A stretch of 64,000 nucleotides of DNA from Planctomycetota bacterium (GTDB lineage Bacteria > Planctomycetota > UBA1135 > UBA2386): assembly GCA_046290465.1 (NCBI GenBank), contig JBKAGP010000001.1, positions 1,280,001 to 1,344,000 on the forward strand, in the 5' to 3' direction. Every line of letters begins with the position of its first letter. Position 1 is the stretch's first letter. The translations under genes and the position numbers were made by a program. The notes below the pieces were generated by a model. It was not told where the DNA came from, ran no database searches, and saw only the letters and a program-made list of their open reading frames with translations. Shown piece by piece: positions 46,101-57,686 of this stretch.

Positions 46101-46752
46101 CGAGGTTGCGGTACCAGACCTTCATCTTGGGACCGCGGTGCACCTGCAGCGCGATGCGGCCGTCGCGCGGCGCGGTCTCGCGCTGGTCGAGCAGCGCCGT
46201 GCACAGCTGGCCGTCGAGTTCGTGCCAGACGAGGTCGCCGATCGCGACGATGCGCAGGTCGTGCCAGGTGCCGAAGTCGACCGGCACCGGCGCCGCGAGG
46301 TCGCCGATCACGTCGCGGCCGCCGTCGCGCCAGCGAACGAACTGGCCGTGCTGCGCGACGATGCCGCCCGCCCCTTCGCCGTAGAGCATCGCCGCATACT
46401 CGGGCTTCGGGTGCACGTCGCACTGGTAGCCGACGACCCCGAAGGCACGCTTTCGCAGCACGCGGCTGCGGTACTGCACGCCGCCGTTGTTGTCGCCCTC
46501 CATGCGCACCTGCAGGCGCAGCTCGAAGTCGCCGAACGTGCCTTCGTGGACCAGGAACGTGTTGGCCTTCAGGTCGACGTCGTGGGTCGAGCCCAGCAGG
46601 GCGCCGTCGTCGACCGACCACACCGCGGGATCGCCGGACCAGCCGTCGAGGGTCCTGCCATCGAAGATCGGGACGGCGACGGCGACGTTCTGGGACGCCG
46701 CCACCGCCGCAAACAACATCGCCATCAGAGCCGAGGCAAAAGTCGTGCGCAT
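43108..46752 (-). CDS. Large secreted protein: DUF1080 domain, jelly-roll domain, beta-propeller dehydrogenase-like region and C-terminal c-type heme domain (PVC-type)
   Basis: IFDGRTLDGW..GRIALQVH (DUF1080), GEHGPH, GFRNPFD..DADMEWD, CASCH..GPDLT..LESILAPS..SPMP. Confidence 0.85.
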   Translation of the reverse strand: MRTTFASALMAMLFAAVAASQNVAVAVPIFDGRTLDGWSGDPAVWSVDDGALLGSTHDVDLKANTFLVHEGTFGDFELRLQVRMEGDNNGGVQYRSRVLRKRAFGVVGYQCDVHPKPEYAAMLYGEGAGGIVAQHGQFVRWRDGGRDVIGDLAAPVPVDFGTWHDLRIVAIGDLVWHELDGQLCTALLDQRETAPRDGRIALQVHRGPKMKVWYRNLELREFSGKAHDNWRGSVPPLLRAHARKAELAQERAQGAVPQWLWDDSPEEEEELFFRRSFRLDSVPDKARLGVTVDNHCRIYVNGERAGSDDSWESPTLLDVAAYLRPGENVIAVHAWNDGGPAGMAARLAWREGVQVREVVSDQHWRCSADDPDGWDAPGFSDVAWPRVTVLGALGGDVVWSGTVGADALGSNVDEYAPQVAFPADDLRMAAGGPVDGAMTLLEIPRSLGSWVSLCADDEGRLYSCDQRQAGLFRIEPAREVGDVTTFTRMPAELSGAHGLLWFRDALYAVVNGGKDGLYRVTDKDGDDLLEHVELLREFDGSGEHGPHSIAVAPDGEHLLVLNGNMTWLTAIDANRVPSEWQEDRLTPRINDARGFWGGYSPPGGCLYRIDPDAKHWELICCGFRNPFDFAVLPNGQVVIYDADMEWDLGLPWYRPTRWLAGQSGVDYGWRKGSAKWAADYPDAPPPLQDIGPGSPTGMIYVPGERGGIFGLDWTFGTLYREGAPWIVGAPWPVADLTWTATTPDCIYTVSGGRGLPSRLVRLPLLAGEPASLERWGEPVAWTETETRTAQQILDAEHSGMDPFVTMRIALERLPSGDIREAVLDVDPARPERAFAGLMALARRGSERDLQPLLHALGWFCFDQLDREQRIAWLRTHALAVMRLGPVDRGVGQLVSDRLLPLFPSGDERVDQDLCELLAYVDAPGLLAKAVPMLAEMRPSEPPAWTELASRNASYGGVINTMLANMPPIGQLAIADALRLVRHGWTIEQRRTLFRFLEQARTRSGGASYDGFVIRIIDGHWETCSDEHRRALEFVVGRARAKKQRFQSKPPKGPGRDWQEADIAALVEQGFDGRRKKSGRNLFHAAGCASCHYFEGEGGFGGPDLTSLKNKMRPTDLLESILAPSKVVSDQYSGRVLTKHDGTAYFGVVHKTWDGDMQVYEVVEAKADAVPMRIPVEQVAKVEPSPISPMPTDLVDRLSADELRDLIAYLLGKSN

Positions 46753-46857
46753 GGGAGCGCCAGTGTCACCGAGCCTTGGCGCCACGTCCATCCACTGCAC
46801 CGGCTTGCGAGCATCGTCGGCCCGACCGGCTGGCCCGTCCCGTGCTACCCTTGAGGT

Positions 46858-47424
46858 ATGCGCTACCTCCCCCTGCTGATCGGCGCGCTGCTGTTCGCCG
46901 CCCCCGCCAAGGCCGACAAGTTCTGGCTGTCGGACCCCAAGGCCCAGGCCAACGCCGCCGAGGATTCGTCCCCCAACCTCATCGAAGGTGTACTGCTCGC
47001 CGAAGACGAGGACGGCTACCACGTCCGCGTCGAAGGCGGCGAGATCCTGCTGCCGAAGAAAACCGTGTTCAAGGTCGAGAAGGACGGCCTGACCCTCGAC
47101 GCGATCGTCGCGGCCGAGAAGGACAAGCAGGCCGCGCTCGAACGCGCCAATGCCGAGCGACGCCTGGCGCAGCAGACCGCGCGCGCCGAGCGCGAGATCC
47201 GCGCCGCCGAAGCGACGGCCCGCCGCCGCGCCCGTGCGGTCGAGGCCGACGTGTCGCGCGACGGCGGCGAGCGCGTCGAGCCACAGGGCTTCGATCCGGT
47301 GCTCGGCGTCGCCACCGGCGGCAACACCGACGCGGACCTGATGCGCGACGCGCAGATCGCCTGGTCGCTGACCAAGGACCGCCGCTACCTCAAGCTGCTG
47401 CGCCAGCTGCGCCGCCTGCGCTGA
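46858..47424 (+). CDS. Secreted hypothetical protein with a coiled-coil segment
   Basis: Signal peptide ending AKA, followed by an Ala/Arg/Glu-rich helix. Confidence 0.75.
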   Translation: MRYLPLLIGALLFAAPAKADKFWLSDPKAQANAAEDSSPNLIEGVLLAEDEDGYHVRVEGGEILLPKKTVFKVEKDGLTLDAIVAAEKDKQAALERANAERRLAQQTARAEREIRAAEATARRRARAVEADVSRDGGERVEPQGFDPVLGVATGGNTDADLMRDAQIAWSLTKDRRYLKLLRQLRRLR

Positions 47425-47490
47425 TCGCCCCCGGCTGCCGACGAGGCCCCCCGCCTCGCCGCGCAGCTGGCCCGACTCAGCTGGCCCGAC

Positions 47491-49422
<1,932 letters not shown>

Positions 49423-49495
49423 CGACAGAAGCTCGCCGAAAGGCGTCGTCGGCGCAAGCGACAGCTCGGCGCCCCTCCCCCCTCCGACGCGCCGA

Positions 49496-50422
49496 CTAGG
49501 TCGCGATCCGGGACTCGGTCGGCCCCGGGCGCGCGACGTCCGCCTTCGGCAACTCGTCGCCGGCGCGCAGGGCGTCGAACAGCACCAGGCCGCGGCCGGA
49601 CTTCTTGACCTGGTACATCAGCGCATCGGCGCGCGCGACGATCGCTTCGACGCTCGCCGACGCCGCCAGCACCGTCAGCACGCCGATCGAGAAGTCGATG
49701 TCGAACGGCTGCCGCCACGCCGCCTTCAGCAGGCGCTTCTGCAGGCGCGTGATCACCCGGCCGGCACCGGCGTCGTCGGCGCCCGGCAGCAGGATCACGA
49801 ACTCGTCGCCGCCCAGCCGCGCGACCATGTCCAGCTCGCGCAGGTCCTCCTGCAGCGCCAGCGCGATCCGGCGCAACAGTTCGTCGCCGGCGTGGTGGCC
49901 GAACGCGTCGTTGACGCCCTTGAAGCCGTCGACGTCGATGTAGGCCAGCGAGAACGGGGTTCCCTGGCGCCGGCCGCGTGCGACCTCGCGCGCCGTCGCC
50001 GACCAGAACGCGCGTCGGTTGTGCAGGTCGGTCAGCGGATCGGTGCGCGCCAGCCGGCGCTCCTGGTCGAGCTGTTCGCGCAGCGTCGCGAGCAGCTGGC
50101 CGAACAGCTGGAAGGCAACGGTCAGCACCACCAGGTTGACGACTTCGAGCGCGGGCGTCAGCTCGTCGGCGTGGGTCGCCAGGTCGATGCCGAGCCAGAT
50201 GCCGGCGCTCAACAGGCCGAAGGCGCCCACGCCGACCCGGCCGATGCCCCAGGCGGCCAGCGAGATCGGCAGCAGGTAGCCGAGGCTGGCCGCGATCTCG
50301 GCACCGCTGAACCAGTCGAGCAGGCCGACGCATGCGAGCAGAACGGCGGCCACCACGGCCACCCGCACGGCACCCATCGACGCCAGACGGTCCAGGGACC
50401 GTTCCCGCCACCCACTGCGCAT
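49496..50422 (-). CDS. Membrane-bound diguanylate cyclase (GGDEF)
   Basis: About four TM helices, ARTDPLTDLHNRR, FKGVNDAFGH, RELD I-site, RLGGDEF. Confidence 0.92.
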   Translation of the reverse strand: MRSGWRERSLDRLASMGAVRVAVVAAVLLACVGLLDWFSGAEIAASLGYLLPISLAAWGIGRVGVGAFGLLSAGIWLGIDLATHADELTPALEVVNLVVLTVAFQLFGQLLATLREQLDQERRLARTDPLTDLHNRRAFWSATAREVARGRRQGTPFSLAYIDVDGFKGVNDAFGHHAGDELLRRIALALQEDLRELDMVARLGGDEFVILLPGADDAGAGRVITRLQKRLLKAAWRQPFDIDFSIGVLTVLAASASVEAIVARADALMYQVKKSGRGLVLFDALRAGDELPKADVARPGPTESRIAT

Positions 50423-50465
50423 GGCGGGACTCTAGGCCGTCCCGCCCGGGCGCACGAGAGCACAA

Positions 50466-51497
50466 CTAGGAGTTTCGGTCGCCACGGGCAGCTCCGCCCC
50501 GCACCGGAGGCGACTTGGCGGCAAGCTGTTGCAGCAGTTCGCGCTGCTCGTCGGTCAGCTTGTCCGGCAGCGCCAGCCGCACGACCAGGAACAGGTCGCC
50601 GCGGTCGCCATCGGTCCGGTGCAGGCCCTGGCCGCGCAGCCGCAGCCGCTGGCCCGACCGGGTGCCCGCCGGGATCCTGGCGGTGGCCGTGCCGCCGCGC
50701 ACCGCGACGTCGACCCGGGTGTCGTCGAGCAGGTCCCACGGCGCGATCTCGACGGTCGCCTCGACGTCGCCGCGGCCGCGGCTGCGGTAGACGTCGTCGT
50801 CGACCATCCGCAGCGTCAGCAGCAGGTCGCCGGGGCCGGCCGCCCCGGGCTGGCCGAGCCCGCGCAGCCGCAGCACCTGCCGATCGCGCACGTCGTCGGG
50901 GATCTTCAGGTCGATGTTCTTGTGCTGGTTGCTGGCGCCCAGGCCGCCGCACGCCGGACACGCGCCGGTCGCGAGCCGGCCACCGCCACCACAGGTCTCG
51001 CACGGCACCCGCATGCGGAAACCGAACGACCGCTTGCCGCCGAGCAGCGCTTCGCCGACCGACAGCTCGATCTCGGCCTCGGCATCGGCGCCGCGCTGCG
51101 GGGCCCGGTGCGCGCGACGCTGGCCGCCGCCGCCGGCGAACATGTCGCCGAACATCTGCGCGAAGAAGTCGGAGAACCCGCCGCCGCCCATGCCGCCACC
51201 GCCGCCGAACATGTTGGCGAACTGCTCCGGGTCGATGCCGCCGGCACCCTGGAACTCCTGGCCCTGGCGCCAGTTCGCCCCGAGCGAGTCGTAGCGCTTG
51301 CGCTTCTCGGGGTCGCTCAGCACCTCGTTGGCCTCGGCGATCGCCTTGAACTTCTTCTCGACCTCCTCGCGTTCGCTCTCGGGATGGCGGTCGGGGTGCC
51401 ACTCCTTGGCGAGCTTGCGGTAGGCGCGCTTGATCTCGTCGTCGCTGGCGGTGCGCGAGACGCCGAGGGTCTGGTAGTAATCCTGGAAGCTGGTCAC
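50466..51497 (-). CDS. DnaJ/CbpA-like co-chaperone
   Basis: J domain ([11 protein letters not shown]), G/F-rich region, two CxxCxGxG repeats and a DnaJ C-terminal domain. Confidence 0.92.
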   Translation of the reverse strand: MTSFQDYYQTLGVSRTASDDEIKRAYRKLAKEWHPDRHPESEREEVEKKFKAIAEANEVLSDPEKRKRYDSLGANWRQGQEFQGAGGIDPEQFANMFGGGGGMGGGGFSDFFAQMFGDMFAGGGGQRRAHRAPQRGADAEAEIELSVGEALLGGKRSFGFRMRVPCETCGGGGRLATGACPACGGLGASNQHKNIDLKIPDDVRDRQVLRLRGLGQPGAAGPGDLLLTLRMVDDDVYRSRGRGDVEATVEIAPWDLLDDTRVDVAVRGGTATARIPAGTRSGQRLRLRGQGLHRTDGDRGDLFLVVRLALPDKLTDEQRELLQQLAAKSPPVRGGAARGDRNS

Positions 51498-51644
51498 GGG
51501 TCGCCTTCCTTCTATGGCTGCGCCCGCCGCCTCGCAACGGCGCGCCCCGCGGAACTGCCGCCACCGCGCGCCATGGCGGGTGGCGTTCGCGGGACTGCCC
51601 CGACGACCGCGGCCGTCGGGGCCCGATCGGCCTGCCCCGACCTG

Positions 51645-54308
51645 CTAGTACAGGCCGGTCGTGATCGCCACGCCGTTCGACGTGCGCGTCGTGTCGCTGA
51701 GCACCGACAGGTCCAGCGTCGCCGACTGGAAGTAGAGGTTCGCGCCGAGCGCGCTCACCGTCGTCAGGTCGACGCCCTCCCAGACCTGCGTGCCGCCGCC
51801 GCCGAACACGACGTCCGGACCGAGGATCAGATCCAGGCTCGCGTGCAGGCTGCAGTTGAGGTTGGCGCTCGGGAACGCGAACGCCAGCGGCAGGGTCAGC
51901 TGCTGCACGCCGACGATGCCGACGTGGAACACCGCCGTCGACGGGATGTTGCTGGTCTGCAGCTGGAACGGCGCGCCGAGCACCGGCGGCGCGATCGCGG
52001 TCAGCTCCAGGCCTTCGCGGTCGATGTCGGCGGCCAGGAAGCCGAACGGCGAGGCGGCCGACAGGTTGCGCGGCCCCGGGTCGTTGCTGACGCCTGCGCC
52101 GCTCTTGCCGACCAGCCAGTCCTCGGGACCGGTGTTGCCGAGCGCGCCGAACGAGATCACGAAGTTGCCGTTGGCCTCGTTGCCCCGGAACTGGATCGTG
52201 ACCGGATCGGACGTCGACCACAGGTAGACGCCGTCGTAGGTCACCATCCACTGGGTGCCCGACTCCTCGTACCAGACCTTGCCGCTGGCGGTCACGTCCG
52301 GCTGCAGGTCGGTCCAGGCGTAGTAGCCCTCCGACGGGTTGGAGAGCATCGTCGTGACGTCCGGCACGAAGCCGTTGCTGTTGCCCGGACCGCGCGCGAC
52401 CCAGCCGTTGGAGCCGACGTGCAGGCCGAGCGTGCCGGCCGCCACCGAGTCGTCGTCGCCGAGGTTGAGCTGGGTCGCCGCGCCGAGCGAACCGATCGCC
52501 AGGATCGTCGCCGGGCGGGTGTTGACGGTGTGCCCGCCGGTGGTCGCGGTGCCGAAGATCTCGAGGCCGGACAGGTCCATGCCCGCCTGCGTCAGGTACT
52601 CGTAGAACGACGTGAACGTCTCGACGCAGCCGGCGCCGTAGGTCTCGGCGACCGCGGTGTCGTCGCAGTTGCCACCGAGCGCGTAGAAGATGTTGGTGTT
52701 GACCACGCGCGGCTCGAAGCCCGGCAGCGTGAACGGCACGTTCGACGCGCGCCCGGCCGTCAGCTGCAGGTCGGCGTTGCTGTAGACCTCCGGGTTGCTG
52801 ACGCCGTTGGTGTAGCTGTGCGCGAAGCCGTTGGCGACCACCGCGACACCGAGGCAGCAGCCTTCGCCGAGCTGCAGCGGCGTGCCGAGCGCGAAGTTGG
52901 TCGGCACGTCGATGCCCGACGCGGTGCCGGCACCGGACGTGCGCAGCACCCAGACGCCGTCGATGTCGTAGCTGCACGAACCGTTGTTGGGCTGCACGTA
53001 GACGTCGATCGACACCGGCGTGCCGGCCGCCACGTCACAGTTGAGATCGAGGTCGCTGATGGTGACGCCGCCCGAACCCGTCAGGGCTTCGAACGAGAAG
53101 TAGACCGCGCCGCCGATCGAGCCGCCGTTGTTGCTGGCGAACGTCGTCGACAGCTGCGGGCCGCCGCCGGGGCCGCACACGCAGACGCCCTGCGGGTTGG
53201 CCAGCGCCGCCTGCAGGCCGGCGTTGTTGGAGCCGGTGCCGTTGTTGGCGCCGCCGCTGAGGCTGCAGCCGGCGTGCGTGTGGATGCCGATCGCGTTGTT
53301 GGTGCCGTCGAGGATCACCGGCGAACCCGAGTTGCCGCCGGTGGTGTCGGTGACGTAGCTGATCGCCGTGCCCGAGAACGCGTTGTACGGACCCGAGTGG
53401 GTCTTCTGTGCCTGGTTCCAGGTCGGCGAGATCGGCGAGCTGGTGGTGCCGTAGCCGGTGATGCGGATGTTCTGGCTGCCGACCGACGGCGGGCCGATCA
53501 GGTCGAACGCGACGTTGCCCTGCGCGGCGTAGGCCGACAGGCCGGTCGTCGAGTTGTCGAAGCAGCCGAAGTAGGCCCAGTCGTCGCCGATGCCCTGGCC
53601 ACCGTTGTCCTGCATCGAGGCCGGGTCGACCGCGTACTGGTCGGACGGCGGCGGGTGGTTGACGGTGCCGTTGTTGTTCGACAGCGGCACGTGGAACTCG
53701 ACGACCTGCGCGCTGCTGCCGCCGACGCAGTGGCCGGCGCTCAACAGGCAGTGGTTGCAGTCCTGGATCAGCCACGCCGTGCAGCCGATCGGCTCGAGTC
53801 GGCCGACGCGGTCGTCGCTGCTCGGCGTGCGGTCGTCGTTGGGCCCGCAGATCGAGTCCTGCAAGCGGAAGGCCGGGCCCGCGATCGCGCTCTTCAGCAG
53901 GAAGCGGTTGTTGCCGGTGCCGGGCTGGGCCAGCAGTTCGACCAGCACCGAACCGCCGTTGAAGTAGGCCGACGTCTCCTGCCACTCGCCGACGTGGCGC
54001 AGGTGCTGCGTCTGCACCGCACCGTCGCGCACCGACGTCAGCCGCAGGAACGAGCCGTCCTTGCCCGGGTCGGGGCTGCCGGACAGCACCACGGCCTCGT
54101 ACTCGAGGCGCAGCCAGGAGGCGTCCTGCACGGTCACGACCGTCGACCAGACGACCTGCGGCACGCCGACCGCAGCCGGCGCGGTGACGTTGTTCTGCAC
54201 GTAGCCCGAGTCGATGTCGAAGTAGTGCGTGGTGCTCTCGGGGTCGACCCCTTGAGCGGCGAGCGCACTGGTCAGGACCAGCGCGACGGCGGCTTGCTTT
54301 GTCTGCAT
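51645..54308 (-). CDS. Secreted trypsin-like (S1) serine protease with C-terminal accessory domains
   Basis: Signal peptide and catalytic triad motifs LSAGHC, DDWAYF and DTTGGNSGSP. Confidence 0.88.
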   Translation of the reverse strand: MQTKQAAVALVLTSALAAQGVDPESTTHYFDIDSGYVQNNVTAPAAVGVPQVVWSTVVTVQDASWLRLEYEAVVLSGSPDPGKDGSFLRLTSVRDGAVQTQHLRHVGEWQETSAYFNGGSVLVELLAQPGTGNNRFLLKSAIAGPAFRLQDSICGPNDDRTPSSDDRVGRLEPIGCTAWLIQDCNHCLLSAGHCVGGSSAQVVEFHVPLSNNNGTVNHPPPSDQYAVDPASMQDNGGQGIGDDWAYFGCFDNSTTGLSAYAAQGNVAFDLIGPPSVGSQNIRITGYGTTSSPISPTWNQAQKTHSGPYNAFSGTAISYVTDTTGGNSGSPVILDGTNNAIGIHTHAGCSLSGGANNGTGSNNAGLQAALANPQGVCVCGPGGGPQLSTTFASNNGGSIGGAVYFSFEALTGSGGVTISDLDLNCDVAAGTPVSIDVYVQPNNGSCSYDIDGVWVLRTSGAGTASGIDVPTNFALGTPLQLGEGCCLGVAVVANGFAHSYTNGVSNPEVYSNADLQLTAGRASNVPFTLPGFEPRVVNTNIFYALGGNCDDTAVAETYGAGCVETFTSFYEYLTQAGMDLSGLEIFGTATTGGHTVNTRPATILAIGSLGAATQLNLGDDDSVAAGTLGLHVGSNGWVARGPGNSNGFVPDVTTMLSNPSEGYYAWTDLQPDVTASGKVWYEESGTQWMVTYDGVYLWSTSDPVTIQFRGNEANGNFVISFGALGNTGPEDWLVGKSGAGVSNDPGPRNLSAASPFGFLAADIDREGLELTAIAPPVLGAPFQLQTSNIPSTAVFHVGIVGVQQLTLPLAFAFPSANLNCSLHASLDLILGPDVVFGGGGTQVWEGVDLTTVSALGANLYFQSATLDLSVLSDTTRTSNGVAITTGLY

Positions 54309-54440
54309 GATTTCGAGAGAGAGGCGAGACGAACGGGCCGGCGGCCCGCCTCGACCAGCATAGGCAGGATGCCCGATCCTTGGGCAAACTTGCTGCCGCA
54401 AGCTGCTGTTCCGCCACGGCGCGCGCCCGCCGACCTGCAG

Positions 54441-55253
54441 CTACGCCTTGCGGTAGATGCCCAGCAGGCAGTGTTCGGGGTAGGGCAGCCCCAGCGCGCG
54501 GCAGGCGCGCATGCCGAGCATCTCGCACTTCGACAGCGCCTCGAACCTGGCAAACGTGCGGCAGTCGTCGAGCCGCAGGAACGCCGCCTCCTTCATGCCG
54601 GCCGCGGCGAACTGGCGCTGCAGGTCGCCGCGGGTGTTCATCCGGAAGCGCGTCGGGAAGGTGTCCTTCGGCTGCGTGCCCCACAGCCACGACTTGACCA
54701 CGTGCCGCAGCCCCATCGGCGCCAGCCGCGTCAGCACCGGGATCGGCGAGCCCGAGAACACCGTGAACACCACCGCCAGCCCGCCCGGCCGCAGCGCCCT
54801 GCCGATCGCGCGCGTGCACGCCATCGGGTCGTCGATGTGCTCGGCGACCATGCGCATCGTCACCAGGTCGAAGGCACCGCCGCCGTCGTAGTCGTCGATG
54901 CCACCGGCGACCTTCTCGTGCACCCACGGGTTCTCCTGCAGCGTCGGGTCCGGGTCGACGCCGGTCAGCCGCGCGCAGCGCTTCGACAAAGCCTCGGCCA
55001 GGCCGAGGTTGTTGGGGAACAGCTCCCGGCCACAGCCGATGTCGAGCCACGACACGCCGGGCACGACCAGGCCGGCGACCAGTGCCTCGTAGACGTCGTC
55101 GGGCGTGTAGTAGCCGCAGCGCAGCCGCAGCCGCGGCCCCCATCCGAGCCGGTCCCGCGGGCCGTAGCGGCGATGGAACATCTGCCGCAGCGACGCTTCG
55201 TCGGGCAGCCGCAGCAGCAAGGGCGGCGGCGGCGTTGCTTCGATCTCGCTCAC
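54441..55253 (-). CDS. Class I SAM-dependent methyltransferase
   Basis: WLDIGCGR, FDLV..RMVAEHIDDP, LRPGG. The GTG start overlaps the upstream stop. Confidence 0.85.
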   Translation of the reverse strand: MSEIEATPPPPLLLRLPDEASLRQMFHRRYGPRDRLGWGPRLRLRCGYYTPDDVYEALVAGLVVPGVSWLDIGCGRELFPNNLGLAEALSKRCARLTGVDPDPTLQENPWVHEKVAGGIDDYDGGGAFDLVTMRMVAEHIDDPMACTRAIGRALRPGGLAVVFTVFSGSPIPVLTRLAPMGLRHVVKSWLWGTQPKDTFPTRFRMNTRGDLQRQFAAAGMKEAAFLRLDDCRTFARFEALSKCEMLGMRACRALGLPYPEHCLLGIYRKA

Positions 55254-56200
55254 GCCGGGAAGATCTCGTCCAGTTCGGCGACGCACTCGTCGGACAACGT
55301 CACGTCGAGTGCGCCGAGGTTGTGCTCGAGTTGCCGTTGGTCCTTGGCGCCGACGAGCACCGACGAGACGCCGGCGTTGCGCAGGCAGAACGCCAGCGCC
55401 ACCTGGGTCGCGTCGTGGCCGTGGCGCTGCGCCAGGTCGACCAGCTGCTGGGCCTTCTGCAGGTGCTGCTCGGTCAGGTAGCGGCTGACGAACTTCTTGC
55501 CCGAGTCCTCGGTCGCGCGCGAGCCCTGCGGCGGGGCTTCACCCGGCTTGTACTTGCCGGTCAGCACCCCCTGCGCCAGCGGCGAGTAGACCAGCTGGCC
55601 GAGGCCTTCGCGCAGGCTGGTCGGCACCACCGCGGCCTCGATGTCGCGGCGGTAGAGGTTGTAGAGCGGCTGGTTGGTGACCGGCACGTGCCAGCCCTCC
55701 TTGCGGCACAGCGCGACGACCTCGGCGATCCGTTCGGCCGGCCACATGCTGAGCCCCCAGTAGAGCGCGTGGCCCTGGGTGATCAGGTCGTGCATCGCCA
55801 GCGCGGTCTCGCGCAGCGGCACCTCGGGGTCGAACCGGTGGCATTGGTAGAGGTCGACGTAGTCGGTCTCCAGACGCTGCAGCGACTTCTTGATCGACTC
55901 GTGGATGTGCTTGCGCGACAGGCCGCGGTCGTTGACGTCGTCGCTCATTGCGAAGAAGCACTTGGTCGCGATCACCAGCCGGTGCCGCGGCAGCTCGCGG
56001 ATCGCGACGCCGAGCGCGCGTTCGCCCTCGCCGGTGTTGTAGACGTCGGCGGTGTCGAACAGGTTGACGCCGCGGTCGAAGGCCCGCGCCACGAGGTTCT
56101 GCGAGCCCGCGTCGTCGATCTCGTTGCCGATCGTCAGCCAGGAGCCGAGCCCGATCGCGCTGACCTTGACGCCAGAACCTCCGAGGTAGCGATATTGCAC
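55250..56200 (-). CDS. Aldo/keto reductase
   Basis: YRYLGGSGVKVSAIGLGSW, FDTADVY, GLSRKHI, DYVDLYQCH, YSPLAQGVLTGKY. Confidence 0.93.
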   Translation of the reverse strand: MQYRYLGGSGVKVSAIGLGSWLTIGNEIDDAGSQNLVARAFDRGVNLFDTADVYNTGEGERALGVAIRELPRHRLVIATKCFFAMSDDVNDRGLSRKHIHESIKKSLQRLETDYVDLYQCHRFDPEVPLRETALAMHDLITQGHALYWGLSMWPAERIAEVVALCRKEGWHVPVTNQPLYNLYRRDIEAAVVPTSLREGLGQLVYSPLAQGVLTGKYKPGEAPPQGSRATEDSGKKFVSRYLTEQHLQKAQQLVDLAQRHGHDATQVALAFCLRNAGVSSVLVGAKDQRQLEHNLGALDVTLSDECVAELDEIFPA

Positions 56201-56287
56201 GGCAGCGTTGTAGCAGCCGCGAACGGCGGTCGCCACAACGGCCCCATCGGGCTTCCACGGCGGCCTCGTTTGGGGGATGCTGCGCCG

Positions 56288-56803
56288 GTGAGCAAGAAGC
56301 GGATCGCCCTGATCTCGACCGGAGGAACGTTCGAGAAGACCTACGACGAGCTGCACGGCGTGCTCGACAACCACGAGAGCGTGCTCGACGTGGTGCTCGC
56401 CGGCCTGGAGCTGCGCGGCGTCGACATCGTGCGCGTGCCGCTGCTCAACAAGGACAGCCTGAAGATGACCGTGCGCGACCACGAGCTGATCGCGCGCACC
56501 GCGGCGTCGCTGTCCGAGGCCCACCACGGCGTCGTCATCGTGCACGGCACCGACCGCCTGCAGGTCACCGGCGAACGCATGGTGCAGCTGACGCCAGAGC
56601 CGATCGTGCCGATCGTGTTCACCGGCGCGATCCGGCCGTACATGCTGCGCAACACCGACGCGCTGCAGAACCTGACCGAGGCGCTGATCGGGGTGCAGAT
56701 CCTCGCCCCCGGCATCTACTGCGTCATGCACAACAAGGCGCTGCAGTTCCCGGGCGTGGTCAAGGACAAGGAGCGCGGCACGTTCGTGCGGAAGGATGGC
56801 TGA
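56288..56803 (+). CDS. Stand-alone asparaginase N-terminal domain protein
   Basis: ISTGGTFEK, KDSL, HGTD, IVFTGA. Only 171 aa. Confidence 0.85.
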   Translation: MSKKRIALISTGGTFEKTYDELHGVLDNHESVLDVVLAGLELRGVDIVRVPLLNKDSLKMTVRDHELIARTAASLSEAHHGVVIVHGTDRLQVTGERMVQLTPEPIVPIVFTGAIRPYMLRNTDALQNLTEALIGVQILAPGIYCVMHNKALQFPGVVKDKERGTFVRKDG

Positions 56804-57686
56804 GCACCCCACGGGCTCGGAGGCCGGCAGCCCCGATGCGCAGCCGACCGCAGCGCCGACGCCGGGCGCCCCGATGCAGAAGGCACCCATGCAGAAGGCA
56901 CCCGTGCAGTGGGCCGCCGTGCTGCCGATCGCGCTGGTCACGGCCCTCGGCCTGCTGCCGTTCGTGCTCTACCTGCTGCACCGCGCCGACCCGGTGCTGG
57001 CCGTCGAAGCCACCAACGCGCTGTCGTCGTGGACCGTGCGCGCGCTGCTCGCCGGCGGCGCCTGCGCCCTGCTGGCGCTGCTGCTCTATCCGCCGGCGCC
57101 GGCGTGGATCCGGCGGTTCGTCGATCGGCAGCGCCGCTCGTGGGCCGTCGACCGCGCCCCGCTGCTGCGGGCGCGCAAGGAGCTCGAACACTGCGAGACC
57201 GCGCAGAAGCACTTCGAGGTCGCCAGGCTGGCGTGGATCCGCACCGAATTGCCGCTGGTCGGCCCACACGCGCACCGCGCCGTCGAACTCGACCCGTCGA
57301 TGCCGCAGGCCCAGCACCTGCTCGGCCAGTTCCTGCTCGAAGCCGGTCGGCCGCAGCAGGCGGCCGCCGCGTTTGCCGAAGCCGAACGGCTCGACCCGGG
57401 CCACTCGTTCGGCGAAGCGCTGCTGCTCGAAGCCCGCGCGCGCTACGTCGCCGGGGACCGCGAGCAGGCGCTGGCCCGTTTCGAACAGCACCAGGCGCAG
57501 CACGGCGGCGGCCACCGCAGCAACTACTGGCGCGCCGAAGCGCTGCTCGCAGCCGGCCGGCGCGAGGACGCAGCCCGTGCGTTCGCCGAAGCCGCGAAGG
57601 ATCCCGGCCAGCGCCTGCCGACCGAAGAGAACTGGTTCCGCGCGCTGGCGCGCGTGCGCTGCTGGCGGCTGGGAGTGCGCGCGTGA
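56796..57686 (+). CDS. Membrane-anchored TPR-repeat protein
   Basis: Two TM helices followed by TPR-like helices (AVELDPSMPQAQHLLG, AERLDPGH). The N-terminus has PMQKA repeats. Confidence 0.8.
   Translation: MAEHPTGSEAGSPDAQPTAAPTPGAPMQKAPMQKAPVQWAAVLPIALVTALGLLPFVLYLLHRADPVLAVEATNALSSWTVRALLAGGACALLALLLYPPAPAWIRRFVDRQRRSWAVDRAPLLRARKELEHCETAQKHFEVARLAWIRTELPLVGPHAHRAVELDPSMPQAQHLLGQFLLEAGRPQQAAAAFAEAERLDPGHSFGEALLLEARARYVAGDREQALARFEQHQAQHGGGHRSNYWRAEALLAAGRREDAARAFAEAAKDPGQRLPTEENWFRALARVRCWRLGVRA

Noticed and set aside
51500..51644. GC-rich inverted repeat (CGCCACC..GGTGGCG) between the protease and dnaJ-like genes as an intrinsic terminator
   Set aside because: No U-tract follows on either strand, and such stems arise easily by chance at this GC content.
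50529..55481. Very long ORF-track entries such as the 1650-aa ORF here, 9734-13906 (1390 aa), 23539-27024 and 43306-46854
   Set aside because: They are antisense or off-frame shadows of well-supported genes. High GC removes stop codons, and the translations are Arg/Gly/Ala-rich with no motifs.
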